64,000 nt of DNA from an uncultured Bacilli bacterium. Lineage in GTDB: Bacteria; Bacillota_I; Bacilli_A; RF39; UBA660. A program made the position numbers and the translations under genes. How positions within the stretch are numbered: the first letter of the stretch is position 1; each line of letters begins with the position of its first letter. Below the pieces are notes generated by a model. It made no database searches, was not told the origin of the DNA, and was given only the letters and a program-made list of their open reading frames with translations. Shown here one piece after another: positions 39,538-49,703 of this stretch. Location of the stretch: assembly GCA_947598285.1 (NCBI GenBank), contig CANQFE010000001.1:13705-77704 (forward strand). Direction: 5' to 3'.

Positions 39538-40329
39538 ATGCTGGATGTTGATTCTCTTTTAATATGGCAAAAGTTTCGTTATCATTTCGAGGAAAGTACT
39601 CATACATATTATTACAATAATAAGAAAGTAAAATATTCAGTTACTCAGTTCATTAAACGCTTTTACGAGCCTTTTGATTCAGAGAAAATAAGTAAGAAAT
39701 ATGCAGAAAAACATAATTTATCACAAGAAACAGTGTTGGCGAACTGGAAAAGAATGGGAGACGTATCAGCAGTTTCTGGAACTATTATACATAGTTACAT
39801 TGAAAATATTATGCGTGGTAAATTTTTTGAACATGATTATCGTAAAGCAGAAGAATTAAATATTTTAGATGAAGTAAAAGAAAGAGTTGAAATTCTTATA
39901 CCAAAAGCTAAAGCATTTTATGATGATACACAGGATAAATTGTTTCCAATTCAATTAGAATACACGGTTGGAATAAAAGATTTTATTGCAGGTAACATAG
40001 ATATGTTATGTTGGAATGCTTATGCTAAAGAGTTTCAAATATGGGATTATAAGAATACAAAGAAGGTTGAACAAAACAACTGGTATAATCATAAGATGTT
40101 AAAATCTTTTAATTATTTATCAGACTGTAATTATAATCACTATTGTGTACAGTTAAATACATATAAAGCTATAATTAAACGAGAACTTGGAATTGATATT
40201 GGTGGATGCTATTTAGTACATTTTGATTATACAAAATTGGATAATAGTTTTGAAATTTATCCATGTGTCGATTTACAGCAAGAATGTAATGTGGAACTAG
40301 ATAAACTTATAAATAGTGTTATATTATAA
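39538..40329 (+). CDS. PD-(D/E)xK family nuclease (RecB/Cas4-like exonuclease fold)
   Basis: …FIAGNIDMLCWN…EFQIWDYKN… gives a D…(D/E)xK arrangement. C-terminal Cys-rich segment. Confidence 0.5.
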   Translation: MLDVDSLLIWQKFRYHFEESTHTYYYNNKKVKYSVTQFIKRFYEPFDSEKISKKYAEKHNLSQETVLANWKRMGDVSAVSGTIIHSYIENIMRGKFFEHDYRKAEELNILDEVKERVEILIPKAKAFYDDTQDKLFPIQLEYTVGIKDFIAGNIDMLCWNAYAKEFQIWDYKNTKKVEQNNWYNHKMLKSFNYLSDCNYNHYCVQLNTYKAIIKRELGIDIGGCYLVHFDYTKLDNSFEIYPCVDLQQECNVELDKLINSVIL

Positions 40330-40354
40330 TAATTAGATCGTAAAGAGGAAGATT

Positions 40355-40983
40355 ATGATACCTTTTCCAAATAAAAAGTACAATATCATTTATGCAGTCC
40401 ACCGTGGTCATATAATGATATAGGATGTAAGGGTTCTGCAACTGAACATTATCCAACAATGACCATTGAGGAACTAAAGCAGCTTCCTATTAATTCTGTA
40501 AATGGAGAAGGTGGTATTGCTGCGGACGATTGTGTTCTTTTTATGTGGGCTACATATCCAAATATACAAGAGGCACTTGATTTAATTAAAGCTTGGGGGT
40601 TTACATATAAAAGTGTTGCTTTTCAATGGATAAAAGAAAATAAAAATGGAAATGGATATTTTCTTGGATTGGGACATTGGACACGTGCAAATTCAGAACC
40701 GTGTTTAATTGCAGTTAAAGGGAAACCACAACGGATAAATGCAGGGATTCGTCAACTCGTATTTTCACCAATTAGAAAACATAGTGAAAAACCAGATGAA
40801 GTTCGGAACAGAATTGTTGAGCTTATGGGTGATTTACCACGGATTGAATTATTCGCACGTTCTGGTGCGATTGGATGGGATTGCTGGGGAAATGAAGCCC
40901 CTGAAAATAATATAGATTTTGAGAATTTAAAAGAAGAATTAAAGATTACTAAAAAGCATATGAGCAAGGCTTCACTGTTCTAA
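40355..40983 (+). pseudogene. MT-A70-family N6-adenine DNA methyltransferase, disrupted by a 1-nt frameshift in the (D/S)PPW motif region
   Basis: Frame A (40355-40423) encodes MIPFPNKKYNIIYAVHRGHIMI*. The frame ending at 40983 encodes …SPPWSYNDIGCKGSATEHYPTMTIEEL…LFMWATYP…GHWTRANSEPCLIAVKG…HSEKP…. Inserting one base after 40396 (GCAG^TCC) restores IIYADPPWSY. The longest ATG-initiated ORF is 40459-40983. Confidence 0.6.
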
Positions 40984-41014
40984 TAATACCTATAAGTTAA
41001 GGAGAGAAATTGAA

Positions 41015-41326
41015 ATGAATCCTAGTCCTTTAATAAATCTTGCTTTTAATATGAATAAATTACTGGGTTCAACAATTTACTATATTAAAGGTAGAGAATG
41101 TTTTACACCAGAATACTGGAAAATAATTCCAATTAAAGTAACTGAAATTAGTAGAAAATTAGATAGAAATGGGAAAGATCTTGGATGGGCTTTTATTGCT
41201 AACGGAACACGTTATAAACTTAGCTCGTTAGATAAAAAATGGTTCTTCACAAAAGATGATGCTGAAGAATTTGTTGAAAATGCAAAACAAATTATTAGAG
41301 ATGGAGTGCAGGATGAGCGTAAATAA
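41015..41326 (+). CDS. hypothetical protein
   Basis: 103 aa. Ribosome-binding site AAGGAGAG. Confidence 0.45.
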   Translation: MNPSPLINLAFNMNKLLGSTIYYIKGRECFTPEYWKIIPIKVTEISRKLDRNGKDLGWAFIANGTRYKLSSLDKKWFFTKDDAEEFVENAKQIIRDGVQDERK

Positions 41327-41669
41327 GTCGAGTACAAGATATGTTTCAAGTATTCAAGAAAAAAGAATTGCTAAGAAATTAGGTGGTTATGTTAACGCAA
41401 ATTCCGGAGCTGGAAAGTTTAATAAAGCTGACGTTGTAGTTCCATCTGCCTCAATGAGTATTGAATGTAAAACATGTTTGACGGAAAAGAATTCTTTTTC
41501 AATTAAAAAAGAATGGTTTGAGAAACACGAAAAGGAAGCATTTCAAAATAGGCTTTCTAACCATTGTATTGCTTTTAATTTCTGTTTTGACGATAATATC
41601 GATTACTATGTAATCAATGATCGTCTTATGAAATATCTTATTGAAAAACTTTCCGAAGAAAACCTGTAA
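41313..41669 (+). CDS. Hjc-like Holliday junction resolvase (archaeal-type PD-(D/E)xK)
   Basis: …IAKKLGGYVNANSGAGKFNKADVVVPSASMSIECKT… aligns with the Hjc core (…VRSAGSKKVDLVA…CIEVK…). ATG at 41313 preceded by ribosome-binding site GGAGTG. The ORF-track start at 41256 overlaps the previous gene. Confidence 0.5.
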   Translation: MSVNKSSTRYVSSIQEKRIAKKLGGYVNANSGAGKFNKADVVVPSASMSIECKTCLTEKNSFSIKKEWFEKHEKEAFQNRLSNHCIAFNFCFDDNIDYYVINDRLMKYLIEKLSEENL

Positions 41670-41841
41670 AATTAGTTGTGTTTTTGTGCTTTAGTCATTA
41701 TAATATAGATGGTCGTTAACCAATGGGCTAACGTTAAAATAGATTCGCAGGTCCCACCATTTTCCCCTAGTTTCCTGGTATTTGTACCAGTTTACATATA
41801 AGAAATGAACTAGTATTTATTAAAAGAAAGGTAACTAACAG

Positions 41842-42183
41842 ATGAAAAATGCAAATAAGATTATTGAAACGTTGAAGATGAACGATTCCGAGCTTGATAA
41901 GATGGTACATATTCAGGGAACCAAATACGATAGAAAAGTAAAATTTACAGAGGATGATTTTAAGAAAGCTCGTAAAATGCTTAAGGCTGGTAGGTCTTGG
42001 GCTGAAATTTCAAAAGAGTGTCGTATTAAGGTAAGAGATCTTCGGTATCATTTGGATCCTGTGTTTAAGAAAGAATATCTTACATCACTTAGTGGTAAGC
42101 ATACCGGTAAGGATCATATTTCAAAACAGAATCGAGTTTCCTATAAGAGACACCTCGTTGCCGCTGGGCTCTTGGTCGTATAA
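41842..42183 (+). CDS. hypothetical basic protein (possible DNA-binding)
   Basis: 113 aa, K/R-rich. Preceded by a promoter motif and a 170-nt structured leader. Followed by a terminator. Confidence 0.45.
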   Translation: MKNANKIIETLKMNDSELDKMVHIQGTKYDRKVKFTEDDFKKARKMLKAGRSWAEISKECRIKVRDLRYHLDPVFKKEYLTSLSGKHTGKDHISKQNRVSYKRHLVAAGLLVV

Positions 42184-42198
42184 AATACATATCAATAG

Positions 42199-42235
42199 AG
42201 GGACGAGGAAAAATAACCTCGTCCCTTATTTTTTA
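42199..42235 (+). terminator. rho-independent terminator
   Basis: 10-bp stem AGGGACGAGG / CCTCGTCCCT with loop AAAAATAA, followed by TATTTTTT. Confidence 0.75.
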
Positions 42236-42248
42236 AGGAGATTATACA

Positions 42249-42896
42249 ATGTTAACTACTGAGCAGATAAAAAAGAACAAAGAAGAATTTATTAACTTAC
42301 TTAGAAGCATTAAAAGAGAAGGAGCGAATATTGATGGATTAATTGAACATCTTGAAAAATCTGATTTCTTTTATGCTCCTGCTTCATCCAAATATCATGG
42401 TGCATTTGAAGGTGGACTTTGTCAACATTGTTTAAATGTTTATCGTAATCTATTAAAGATTTCTAAATCTGATTCCTGGACTAATATGGATCCAGAATGT
42501 TATGATGATGCATCGTTAGTTATTGTTGCACTCCTACATGATATTAGTAAGATGAATTTTTATGAGCCTTATATACAAAATAAAAAGGTGTATGCTGAAG
42601 CTGGTTCGAAACAAGATGAATTTGGTAGATTCGATTGGGTAGCGGTAAAATTATTTAAAGTAAGAGATCAAAAATTTGTACTTAGTTCACATGAGGCTAA
42701 CGCAGAATATATTGCAAGACAATATATTCCATTAAAAATAGAAGAAAGTGCAGCTATTCTAAATCATATGGGAAGATTAGCAAATGATAGTGCACAAGTT
42801 AATATTTCAGAAATTTATGAAAATTATCATCTTGCTTTAATTCTTCACATTGCCGATCTTATGGCTACGTTTATTGATGAGAGAGCTTTTAATTAG
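42249..42896 (+). CDS. HD-domain phosphohydrolase
   Basis: H…HD motif (…LLHDISK…) and a downstream D (…HIADLM…). 215 aa, as in YfbR-like 5'-nucleotidases. Confidence 0.55.
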   Translation: MLTTEQIKKNKEEFINLLRSIKREGANIDGLIEHLEKSDFFYAPASSKYHGAFEGGLCQHCLNVYRNLLKISKSDSWTNMDPECYDDASLVIVALLHDISKMNFYEPYIQNKKVYAEAGSKQDEFGRFDWVAVKLFKVRDQKFVLSSHEANAEYIARQYIPLKIEESAAILNHMGRLANDSAQVNISEIYENYHLALILHIADLMATFIDERAFN

Positions 42897-42952
42897 TTGT
42901 ACTTTTTGACTAAAACTACTATAATATAAATATGAATTAGAGAGGCATTTTT

Positions 42953-43648
42953 ATGAAAATAACTGTGATGGACGAAAATTCTAATAATTACAGACGTGTA
43001 AATAAAGTATTGTTTGGAGATAAAACTGGTAACATTAAAACATTTTGTGTACTATCAGTAGAAAATCCTCTTGGATGGAAAGCTTCAACCGAAGAAGAAT
43101 TCAAGAAGAAATTTGTTCAATGGTTCAATGACAAGAAACTGTACAATGAACAGTCTATTCAAAGTATTAAATCTTCAGTATTATTGCATATTATAGAACA
43201 AAATGGTGAAACTGCACTAAGGTATTCCGGAGCAAATTATGTGCCCTTAAAAGGAAAGTATAACGGTGCATCCGAAAAGTCGTTTATGATTTTTAATATT
43301 ACTCTTGATGATTCTAAACAAATTGCACAAGATTATGGACAGGAAAGTTTCTTTTTTGGAAAAGTAAATTCTAATGAAAATGCAGTTATAGGATATTATG
43401 TTACGCATAATGCGTGTAAAACATATAATCTAATAGAAGTAAACAATAAAATTGAAAACATGAAAAATGCAATAGATATGTTTAGTAAATATGGATTTAA
43501 GTTTAAATTTTCGTTTAAGGCTTTAGGTGATGCCGTTGAACCTATCATGAATAATGATGAATTTGAAGCATCTTTAAATGAGGATAGCACGTTTATGAGT
43601 AGAGCTATGCATAGAAGATATTCGAGACATAAACGTGAGGGGGAATAA
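42953..43648 (+). CDS. hypothetical protein
   Basis: 231-aa ORF. Promoter motif at 42893-42925. Confidence 0.45.
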   Translation: MKITVMDENSNNYRRVNKVLFGDKTGNIKTFCVLSVENPLGWKASTEEEFKKKFVQWFNDKKLYNEQSIQSIKSSVLLHIIEQNGETALRYSGANYVPLKGKYNGASEKSFMIFNITLDDSKQIAQDYGQESFFFGKVNSNENAVIGYYVTHNACKTYNLIEVNNKIENMKNAIDMFSKYGFKFKFSFKALGDAVEPIMNNDEFEASLNEDSTFMSRAMHRRYSRHKREGE

Positions 43649-44036
43649 ATTCGATTATAAAGATTATGTTATGAATAAAACAATTAAAAAAGAATTAGAA
43701 AAAGTACGTATAAAATTACCCGAATATGATGATACCACTACTAAATTATTTATTCCAAAAAGTGGTATTATATTTAGATTTGGTGGTTCATATCTAATCA
43801 GAGTACCAAATTATATTTTAAATGAACCAGATGGATTTACACTATCTGCAAATTGGAATCAAGGTCGTAAACCGAAAACAAATCTTTTATACGCACAATA
43901 TATTAAGAAATTAGGCAAAATGATTCAATTTAATATTCATGGTTGGAATGAACAAACGCAATCGATTATTGAAACTGATTATTATAAAGATTTTTGGTTA
44001 CCAGAAGAATCTATTACAATTATACGTGAATTATAA
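43635..44036 (+). CDS. hypothetical protein
   Basis: 133-aa ORF. Confidence 0.4.
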   Translation: MRGNKFDYKDYVMNKTIKKELEKVRIKLPEYDDTTTKLFIPKSGIIFRFGGSYLIRVPNYILNEPDGFTLSANWNQGRKPKTNLLYAQYIKKLGKMIQFNIHGWNEQTQSIIETDYYKDFWLPEESITIIREL

Positions 44037-44048
44037 GAAAGTGATATC

Positions 44049-45068
44049 ATGAGAAGTAATCTTGCAAATAAATATAGGCCACAAGAATTTTCAGAGGTGG
44101 TTGGACAAAGTTCTATTGTAAAAATTCTTGAGCAACAAGTAGAACAACAAGCTTATAAACATGCTTATCTTTTCTGTGGTCCTACGGGCTGTGGGAAGAC
44201 AACGTTAGCACGTATATTAGCTTCTAAAATAAATAATGGATTAAATGGTCTTGAGGAATTAGATGCTGCTTCTAATAATGGAGTTGATAATGTTCGCAAT
44301 ATCGTGAAATCAGCTAAAGAACGTTCTGTGGATAGTACTTATAAGATCTTTCTTATAGACGAATGTCATGCAATTAGTAGTGCAGGATGGAATGCGTTTT
44401 TAAAATGTATTGAAGAACCTCCTACATATACAATTTTTATTTTTTGCACGACCGAAGTAAATAAAGTTCCAGCAACTATTATTAATAGATGTCAACGCTA
44501 TAATTTAAGTAAGATTAGTACGAGTGCAATCGTTGATAGACTGAAATATATTTGTAATCAAGAGCAATTTACATATACGGATGAAGCAATTAATTATATC
44601 AGTAAAGTAAGTGATGGTGGAATGCGGGATGCAATTTCGCGTCTTGAAAAGGTAGTTTCTTTATCTACAAATGTTAATATTGATAATACATTAGCTGCTC
44701 TTGGTTCTTATTCATATGATATATTTTTTGATTTAGTGAATGCTATTATTGACGGTAACGAACAAGAAATTATTGAAATTATTGGAACAATGTATTACTA
44801 TGGTTCTGATCTTCAATTGTTTATCAATGAATTGTTTAAATTTTGTTTAGATATTACAAAATATACAATTTTTCAGAATATGGAATTGTTGGAAATTCCA
44901 ATTACGTATGAGGATAACATTAAGAATAGTATTAATTTCGATGATGCATCAAAATATTATATGATTATTACAAATAAGTTACTAGAGTTAAAAAATACAT
45001 TGAAGACTGAGACGAATCTAAGAGCAAGTATTGAAATTGCACTACTGAATATTTCCAGGTGGGAATAA
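44049..45068 (+). CDS. clamp loader ATPase (DNA polymerase III gamma/tau-like, AAA+)
   Basis: Walker A FCGPTGCGKTT, Walker B IFLIDECH, sensor motif TIINRCQRY (SRC-like). Confidence 0.7.
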   Translation: MRSNLANKYRPQEFSEVVGQSSIVKILEQQVEQQAYKHAYLFCGPTGCGKTTLARILASKINNGLNGLEELDAASNNGVDNVRNIVKSAKERSVDSTYKIFLIDECHAISSAGWNAFLKCIEEPPTYTIFIFCTTEVNKVPATIINRCQRYNLSKISTSAIVDRLKYICNQEQFTYTDEAINYISKVSDGGMRDAISRLEKVVSLSTNVNIDNTLAALGSYSYDIFFDLVNAIIDGNEQEIIEIIGTMYYYGSDLQLFINELFKFCLDITKYTIFQNMELLEIPITYEDNIKNSINFDDASKYYMIITNKLLELKNTLKTETNLRASIEIALLNISRWE

Positions 45069-45069
45069 G

Positions 45070-45861
45070 ATGATTGGACAAGAATCTATTATAAGTAAAT
45101 TCGAATTACAAATTTTGGATAAAACATTTCCAAGAACAATACTTCTTTTAGGGGAATATGGATCTGGTAAACATATGTTAGTGGACAATCTTTCTAATAA
45201 ATTATTACATATTCCAGTGGAAGATATTACTAATAAATTATCTAATGAAAAATTAGATGAAATTCAATTGTGTCCACTTCAAAAATTATATCTTATTGAT
45301 GGAAATTATATTGATTTTAAAAAACAAAATATTTTATTAAAGTTTTTTGAGGAACCATTAACAAATTCTTTTATAGTATTACTTGCAGAATCAACGTTAA
45401 CACTACTTCCAACTATTTTAAATAGATGTCAAGTATATCAAATGAATTCGTATAGTAATTCACAGTTAGAAGAAATTACAGGGGTTAACGATGCTGTAAT
45501 TTTACAATATTGCAGAACACCGGGTAAAGTGTTAAAGTTTATGCAGGTAGATATTAATACATATTTGATTTATATAGATCGTATGTTAACTTTATTATCA
45601 AGAGCTAGTTGGGCAAATATTTTAAAGTTATCTGAGAATATGTATTTTAACGATAAAGAGAAAAAAGATAATAAATTTTCCGCAGAACTAATATTTAGCC
45701 TACTAAAAGATCGAGCTGCAGATTTGTATAAAAATAAAAGTATTTCATTTTTAGTATGTCAAAAGGTATGTGAATTTACTAATAATTTAAGAATTCCAAA
45801 TATTAATAAAAAACAATTATTTGAGAATTTTATCTTTTCATTAAAAGGGGTATTAGTATGA
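45070..45861 (+). CDS. clamp loader subunit (delta'-like, degenerate ATPase)
   Basis: Degenerate P-loop LLLGEYGSGKHM and ILNRCQVYQ motif. Adjacent to the tau-like gene. Confidence 0.55.
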   Translation: MIGQESIISKFELQILDKTFPRTILLLGEYGSGKHMLVDNLSNKLLHIPVEDITNKLSNEKLDEIQLCPLQKLYLIDGNYIDFKKQNILLKFFEEPLTNSFIVLLAESTLTLLPTILNRCQVYQMNSYSNSQLEEITGVNDAVILQYCRTPGKVLKFMQVDINTYLIYIDRMLTLLSRASWANILKLSENMYFNDKEKKDNKFSAELIFSLLKDRAADLYKNKSISFLVCQKVCEFTNNLRIPNINKKQLFENFIFSLKGVLV

Positions 45862-46769
45862 CGTTCGAGGATGTTAAGAAAGCGATTGAATCAAATAATA
45901 TACCCGACACTCCAATTTTATTTAAATTTATAGATACTCCATTCATTCCATTTCAATACGTTCAAGCAATTGGAAAGACGTTAAATAAGGAAATTATGTA
46001 CTGCGACAACCTTGAGCTTCTTAAGTCAAATTCTATTGATATTTTCGATAGAAATTTAGATAATAATATAATTAGATGTACATATATGGATGAAGTAGTT
46101 AAGATTCCAAATTCTATTAAAAGTATAAAATTTTTTTATCTTATAGCAAGAGAATATTCGAAAGACATCGAAGAACAATACAAATCGTTAATTGTAGAAA
46201 TTCCAAAATTAGAATTATGGCATATTAAAGATTACGCATACTCTATTGCAGAAGGGGTAGATACAAAAGAGTTAGATTGGTTAATTGATATTTGTCATGG
46301 TGATATTTATCGATTAACTAACGAGTTAGATAAATTAAGTTTATTTGATAAATCACAAAGACCATATATCTTTAACGATATGAAGATGCAAGGAGCATTT
46401 AACGATTTATCGAATAAAACCGTATTTGATTTAACAAATGCAATTGTTAAAAAAGATTTAGTGCAGATAAGTAATTGTCTACAACAAATAAAAAGTTTTG
46501 ATGCAGAACCTTTGGGGGTTGTAACAATTCTATATATTCAATTTAAAAAACTTATTCAAGTATGGTTACATCCAAATCCAACGGAAGCATCAACTGGACT
46601 TAAATCAAATGTGATTTATGCAATAAGAAAAAGTCCTCGAGTATATTCTCAAGAACAGTTACTTAACGCATTTATATTTATTTCAGGAATTGATAAAATG
46701 CTTAAAACAGGTATGATAGAAATTCCATGGTTAATTGATTATGTTATTTGTAATTGTTTAGCAAGCTAA
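45858..46769 (+). CDS. clamp loader subunit (delta-like) or accessory replication protein
   Basis: 303 aa, translationally coupled to the delta'-like gene. Confidence 0.4.
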   Translation: MTFEDVKKAIESNNIPDTPILFKFIDTPFIPFQYVQAIGKTLNKEIMYCDNLELLKSNSIDIFDRNLDNNIIRCTYMDEVVKIPNSIKSIKFFYLIAREYSKDIEEQYKSLIVEIPKLELWHIKDYAYSIAEGVDTKELDWLIDICHGDIYRLTNELDKLSLFDKSQRPYIFNDMKMQGAFNDLSNKTVFDLTNAIVKKDLVQISNCLQQIKSFDAEPLGVVTILYIQFKKLIQVWLHPNPTEASTGLKSNVIYAIRKSPRVYSQEQLLNAFIFISGIDKMLKTGMIEIPWLIDYVICNCLAS

Positions 46770-46779
46770 AGAGGAATTT

Positions 46780-47835
46780 ATGAAATTATTATTATTTGCA
46801 GATCCACATTGGTGCACATATTCGTCAATTGTAAGAAGTCGAGGTATTAAATTTTCTACAAGATTAGAGAATTTAATTAATTCTGTAAACTGGGTTGAAG
46901 AAATTGCAAAAAATATTCAAGTAGATAAAGTAATTTCTCTTGGAGACTTCTTTGATTCTAATGAATTGGATTCCGAATCTATTACAGCACTAGACCAAAT
47001 TAAATGGGCTAATATTCCACATATGTTTATTGTAGGTAATCACGAAATTGGAAGGGGTAATGCGGAATTCAGTTCGTCTCATTTATTTACTCTTAATGAT
47101 TCGTTCCAAGTAATTGATCAACCAACATGTTTTGATTGTGGTGATGGAACTGAATTATTTTTTCTACCTTATATTTTGGAAACAAATCGAAAACCGATAC
47201 TAGAATATTTTAATTTTAAAGATTTAAAACAAAATCAAAATATCTTATTTATGCATAACGATATAAAAGGTATTCAGATGGGTAAATTTATTTCTAAAGA
47301 TGGTTTTGAAATAAATGAAATTGAAACTCATTTTAATCTCTGTGTAAATGGGCACATTCATAATTTCAGTCAAGTTAGTGATAAAATTATTAACTTAGGA
47401 AATTTAACAGGACAGAATTTTAGTGAAGATGCATGGAAATACAATCATTTTGCAATGTGCATTGATACTTCGAATCATTCGATCAATTATTATCAAAATC
47501 CTTTTGCATTTAATTTCTATAAATTCGATTTAACAAATTATTCAGAGAAAAAAATAACTAATGTATTAACACAATTATCGAATGCAGTTATTACGGTTAA
47601 ATGTAATATTGATAATGTTTTATATATTAAAAATCTATTGGAAAATTCCCAGAATGTTATAGAATATAGAGTCATTATTGAGTTAAGTGATGATAGTACT
47701 TATGATTCTGTAATTTCTCAAACAAATTTTTCAATTGATCATCTAGTAAAATTTCGGGAATATGTTAAAGAAAATCTTGGAACATCGGATGAATTGATAG
47801 ATGAACTGAAAAAAATAACTGGAGCAATTTCATGA
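46780..47835 (+). CDS. sbcD: SbcD/Mre11-family nuclease
   Basis: Metallophosphoesterase motifs LLLFADPHW, GDFFD, GNHE. Confidence 0.75.
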   Translation: MKLLLFADPHWCTYSSIVRSRGIKFSTRLENLINSVNWVEEIAKNIQVDKVISLGDFFDSNELDSESITALDQIKWANIPHMFIVGNHEIGRGNAEFSSSHLFTLNDSFQVIDQPTCFDCGDGTELFFLPYILETNRKPILEYFNFKDLKQNQNILFMHNDIKGIQMGKFISKDGFEINEIETHFNLCVNGHIHNFSQVSDKIINLGNLTGQNFSEDAWKYNHFAMCIDTSNHSINYYQNPFAFNFYKFDLTNYSEKKITNVLTQLSNAVITVKCNIDNVLYIKNLLENSQNVIEYRVIIELSDDSTYDSVISQTNFSIDHLVKFREYVKENLGTSDELIDELKKITGAIS

Positions 47836-49703
47836 AAATTGAATTTAATTCTCTACGTATTTCAAATTTTATGTCCCTTGGTGAAGCCACTATTGAACTT
47901 AATGATCAAGGCTACGTAACTATTGCTGGATACAATGAAAATCCTACGGATAATGCAAAAAGTAATGGTGCTGGTAAAAGTTCTATTTTTGAGGCAATCG
48001 TCTGGTGCTTAACCGGAAATACTATTCGTGGTAATAAAAATGTTACTAATATTTATGGCAATGATGGTGCGTTAGTTACGCTTGATTTCACATGTGATGG
48101 ACATAAATACGTTGTAATAAGAAGTAAAGATAATTCCAAATATAAAACAAATTTATTTATTTATGTAGATGGTGAAAACAAATCTGGTAAAGGAATCCGA
48201 GATTCGGAAGCTATTCTTAAAGAATATTTACCTGATTTAACACCATCTCTTATTGGTTCCGTTATTATTTTAGGACAAGGTCTTCCTCAAAAGTTTACGA
48301 GTAATACCCCATCTGGACGAAAAGATGTTCTTGAAAAATTAAGTAAATCTGATTTTATGATTGAGGATTTAAAAATTCGTATTACTAACCGTAAGTTGGA
48401 ACTTTCAACGGAGTTACGAAAAATTGAAGATAACATTCTTAAATTTCGAACTCAAATTGATATAGAAAATACTTCCATTAATAATAATCAACAAGAGCTT
48501 ATAACACTACAACGAGATAGTAACTACGATGCTATCATTTTAGAACAAACAAAATTTATTGACGCCGAAGATAAATGTATTCAGGAATTAACAACACAAT
48601 ATGATGAATTAAATCAGCAATACGAAGAGATACAGAAGAACTTAAGAACACTTGATGATAAGGAACATGATGAACGTTATTGCGTAGATACATCTTACAA
48701 AGACCTCTTCACAGAGATTAGGGATAGATTTAATAATATATGTATTGAAGAAGAATCGGTAAAAAAAGAGCTTAAAAGAATTTTATCTATCACAGATGTT
48801 TGCCCAACTTGTGGACAAAAACTTATTGGTGTAAAAAAACCAGATTCAACTATATTACAAGAGCAACTAAAACAAATAGAAGATACGAAAGCTAAATGCT
48901 CAAAAGAGTTTGATGATTTAAAGGCTACATATAATCAAGATATTAAAAATGTAGAATTAAAATATTATGATAAAAAATCAGAGTTGCTTATAAAAATAGA
49001 TCAAACACAACAAAATCTTAGAAGAATAAAGTTTACATGTGATTCACATGTAAATAGTAAGACGGAAGCATTAAGCATGCTTACCAAATACCAAACAATA
49101 AAAGAAACTTATGAACAAAATATTTTAAAATTAGATGAAGCTATTAAAGAATCAATGCAAAAGATTGACTCATTAAATAAAGATATCACAAAATACTCGG
49201 AACAGAAAGAGTCTGTTGAAATAAGACAAGGTATTATTAATAAATTTAACACAATTATTACAAGAGATTTTAGAGGATATTTACTTACCAATGTTCTTGA
49301 GTTTATAAATAAAACTGCTAAAGAATATACAAAGTGTGTATTTGGCACTGAACTTATCGAAGTTGTATTAGATGGAAATAATATTTCTATTACTTACGAT
49401 GGAAAAGAATACGAGGCTTTATCTGGTGGGGAAAAGCAAAAGATAGATTTAATTATTCAATTTTCTATTAGAGATATGTTATGTAAAACATTAGGCTTTT
49501 TTACAAATATACTTGTTCTCGATGAAATTTTTGATAATTTAGACTCTGTTGGTTGTTCAAAAGTTATTGATCTCATTTCACAAAAATTGAATGATATTAA
49601 TAGTATATTTATTATTACACATCATGGATCTGATTTAAGTATTCCGTCCGATAAGGTTATTCAAGTAGTAAAAGATATTAATAAGATTTCAATGGTAAAA
49701 TAA
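47832..49703 (+). CDS. sbcC: SbcC/Rad50-family ATPase
   Basis: Walker A NGAGKSSIFEAI, long central coiled-coil, signature LSGGEKQK, Walker B LVLDEIFDNLD. Confidence 0.75.
   Translation: MKIEFNSLRISNFMSLGEATIELNDQGYVTIAGYNENPTDNAKSNGAGKSSIFEAIVWCLTGNTIRGNKNVTNIYGNDGALVTLDFTCDGHKYVVIRSKDNSKYKTNLFIYVDGENKSGKGIRDSEAILKEYLPDLTPSLIGSVIILGQGLPQKFTSNTPSGRKDVLEKLSKSDFMIEDLKIRITNRKLELSTELRKIEDNILKFRTQIDIENTSINNNQQELITLQRDSNYDAIILEQTKFIDAEDKCIQELTTQYDELNQQYEEIQKNLRTLDDKEHDERYCVDTSYKDLFTEIRDRFNNICIEEESVKKELKRILSITDVCPTCGQKLIGVKKPDSTILQEQLKQIEDTKAKCSKEFDDLKATYNQDIKNVELKYYDKKSELLIKIDQTQQNLRRIKFTCDSHVNSKTEALSMLTKYQTIKETYEQNILKLDEAIKESMQKIDSLNKDITKYSEQKESVEIRQGIINKFNTIITRDFRGYLLTNVLEFINKTAKEYTKCVFGTELIEVVLDGNNISITYDGKEYEALSGGEKQKIDLIIQFSIRDMLCKTLGFFTNILVLDEIFDNLDSVGCSKVIDLISQKLNDINSIFIITHHGSDLSIPSDKVIQVVKDINKISMVK

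Noticed and set aside
41682-41841. Possible tRNA gene in the ORF-free stretch
   Set aside because: No cloverleaf can be drawn. There is no GTTC(G/A)A T-loop or 7-bp acceptor stem with a CCA-compatible end.
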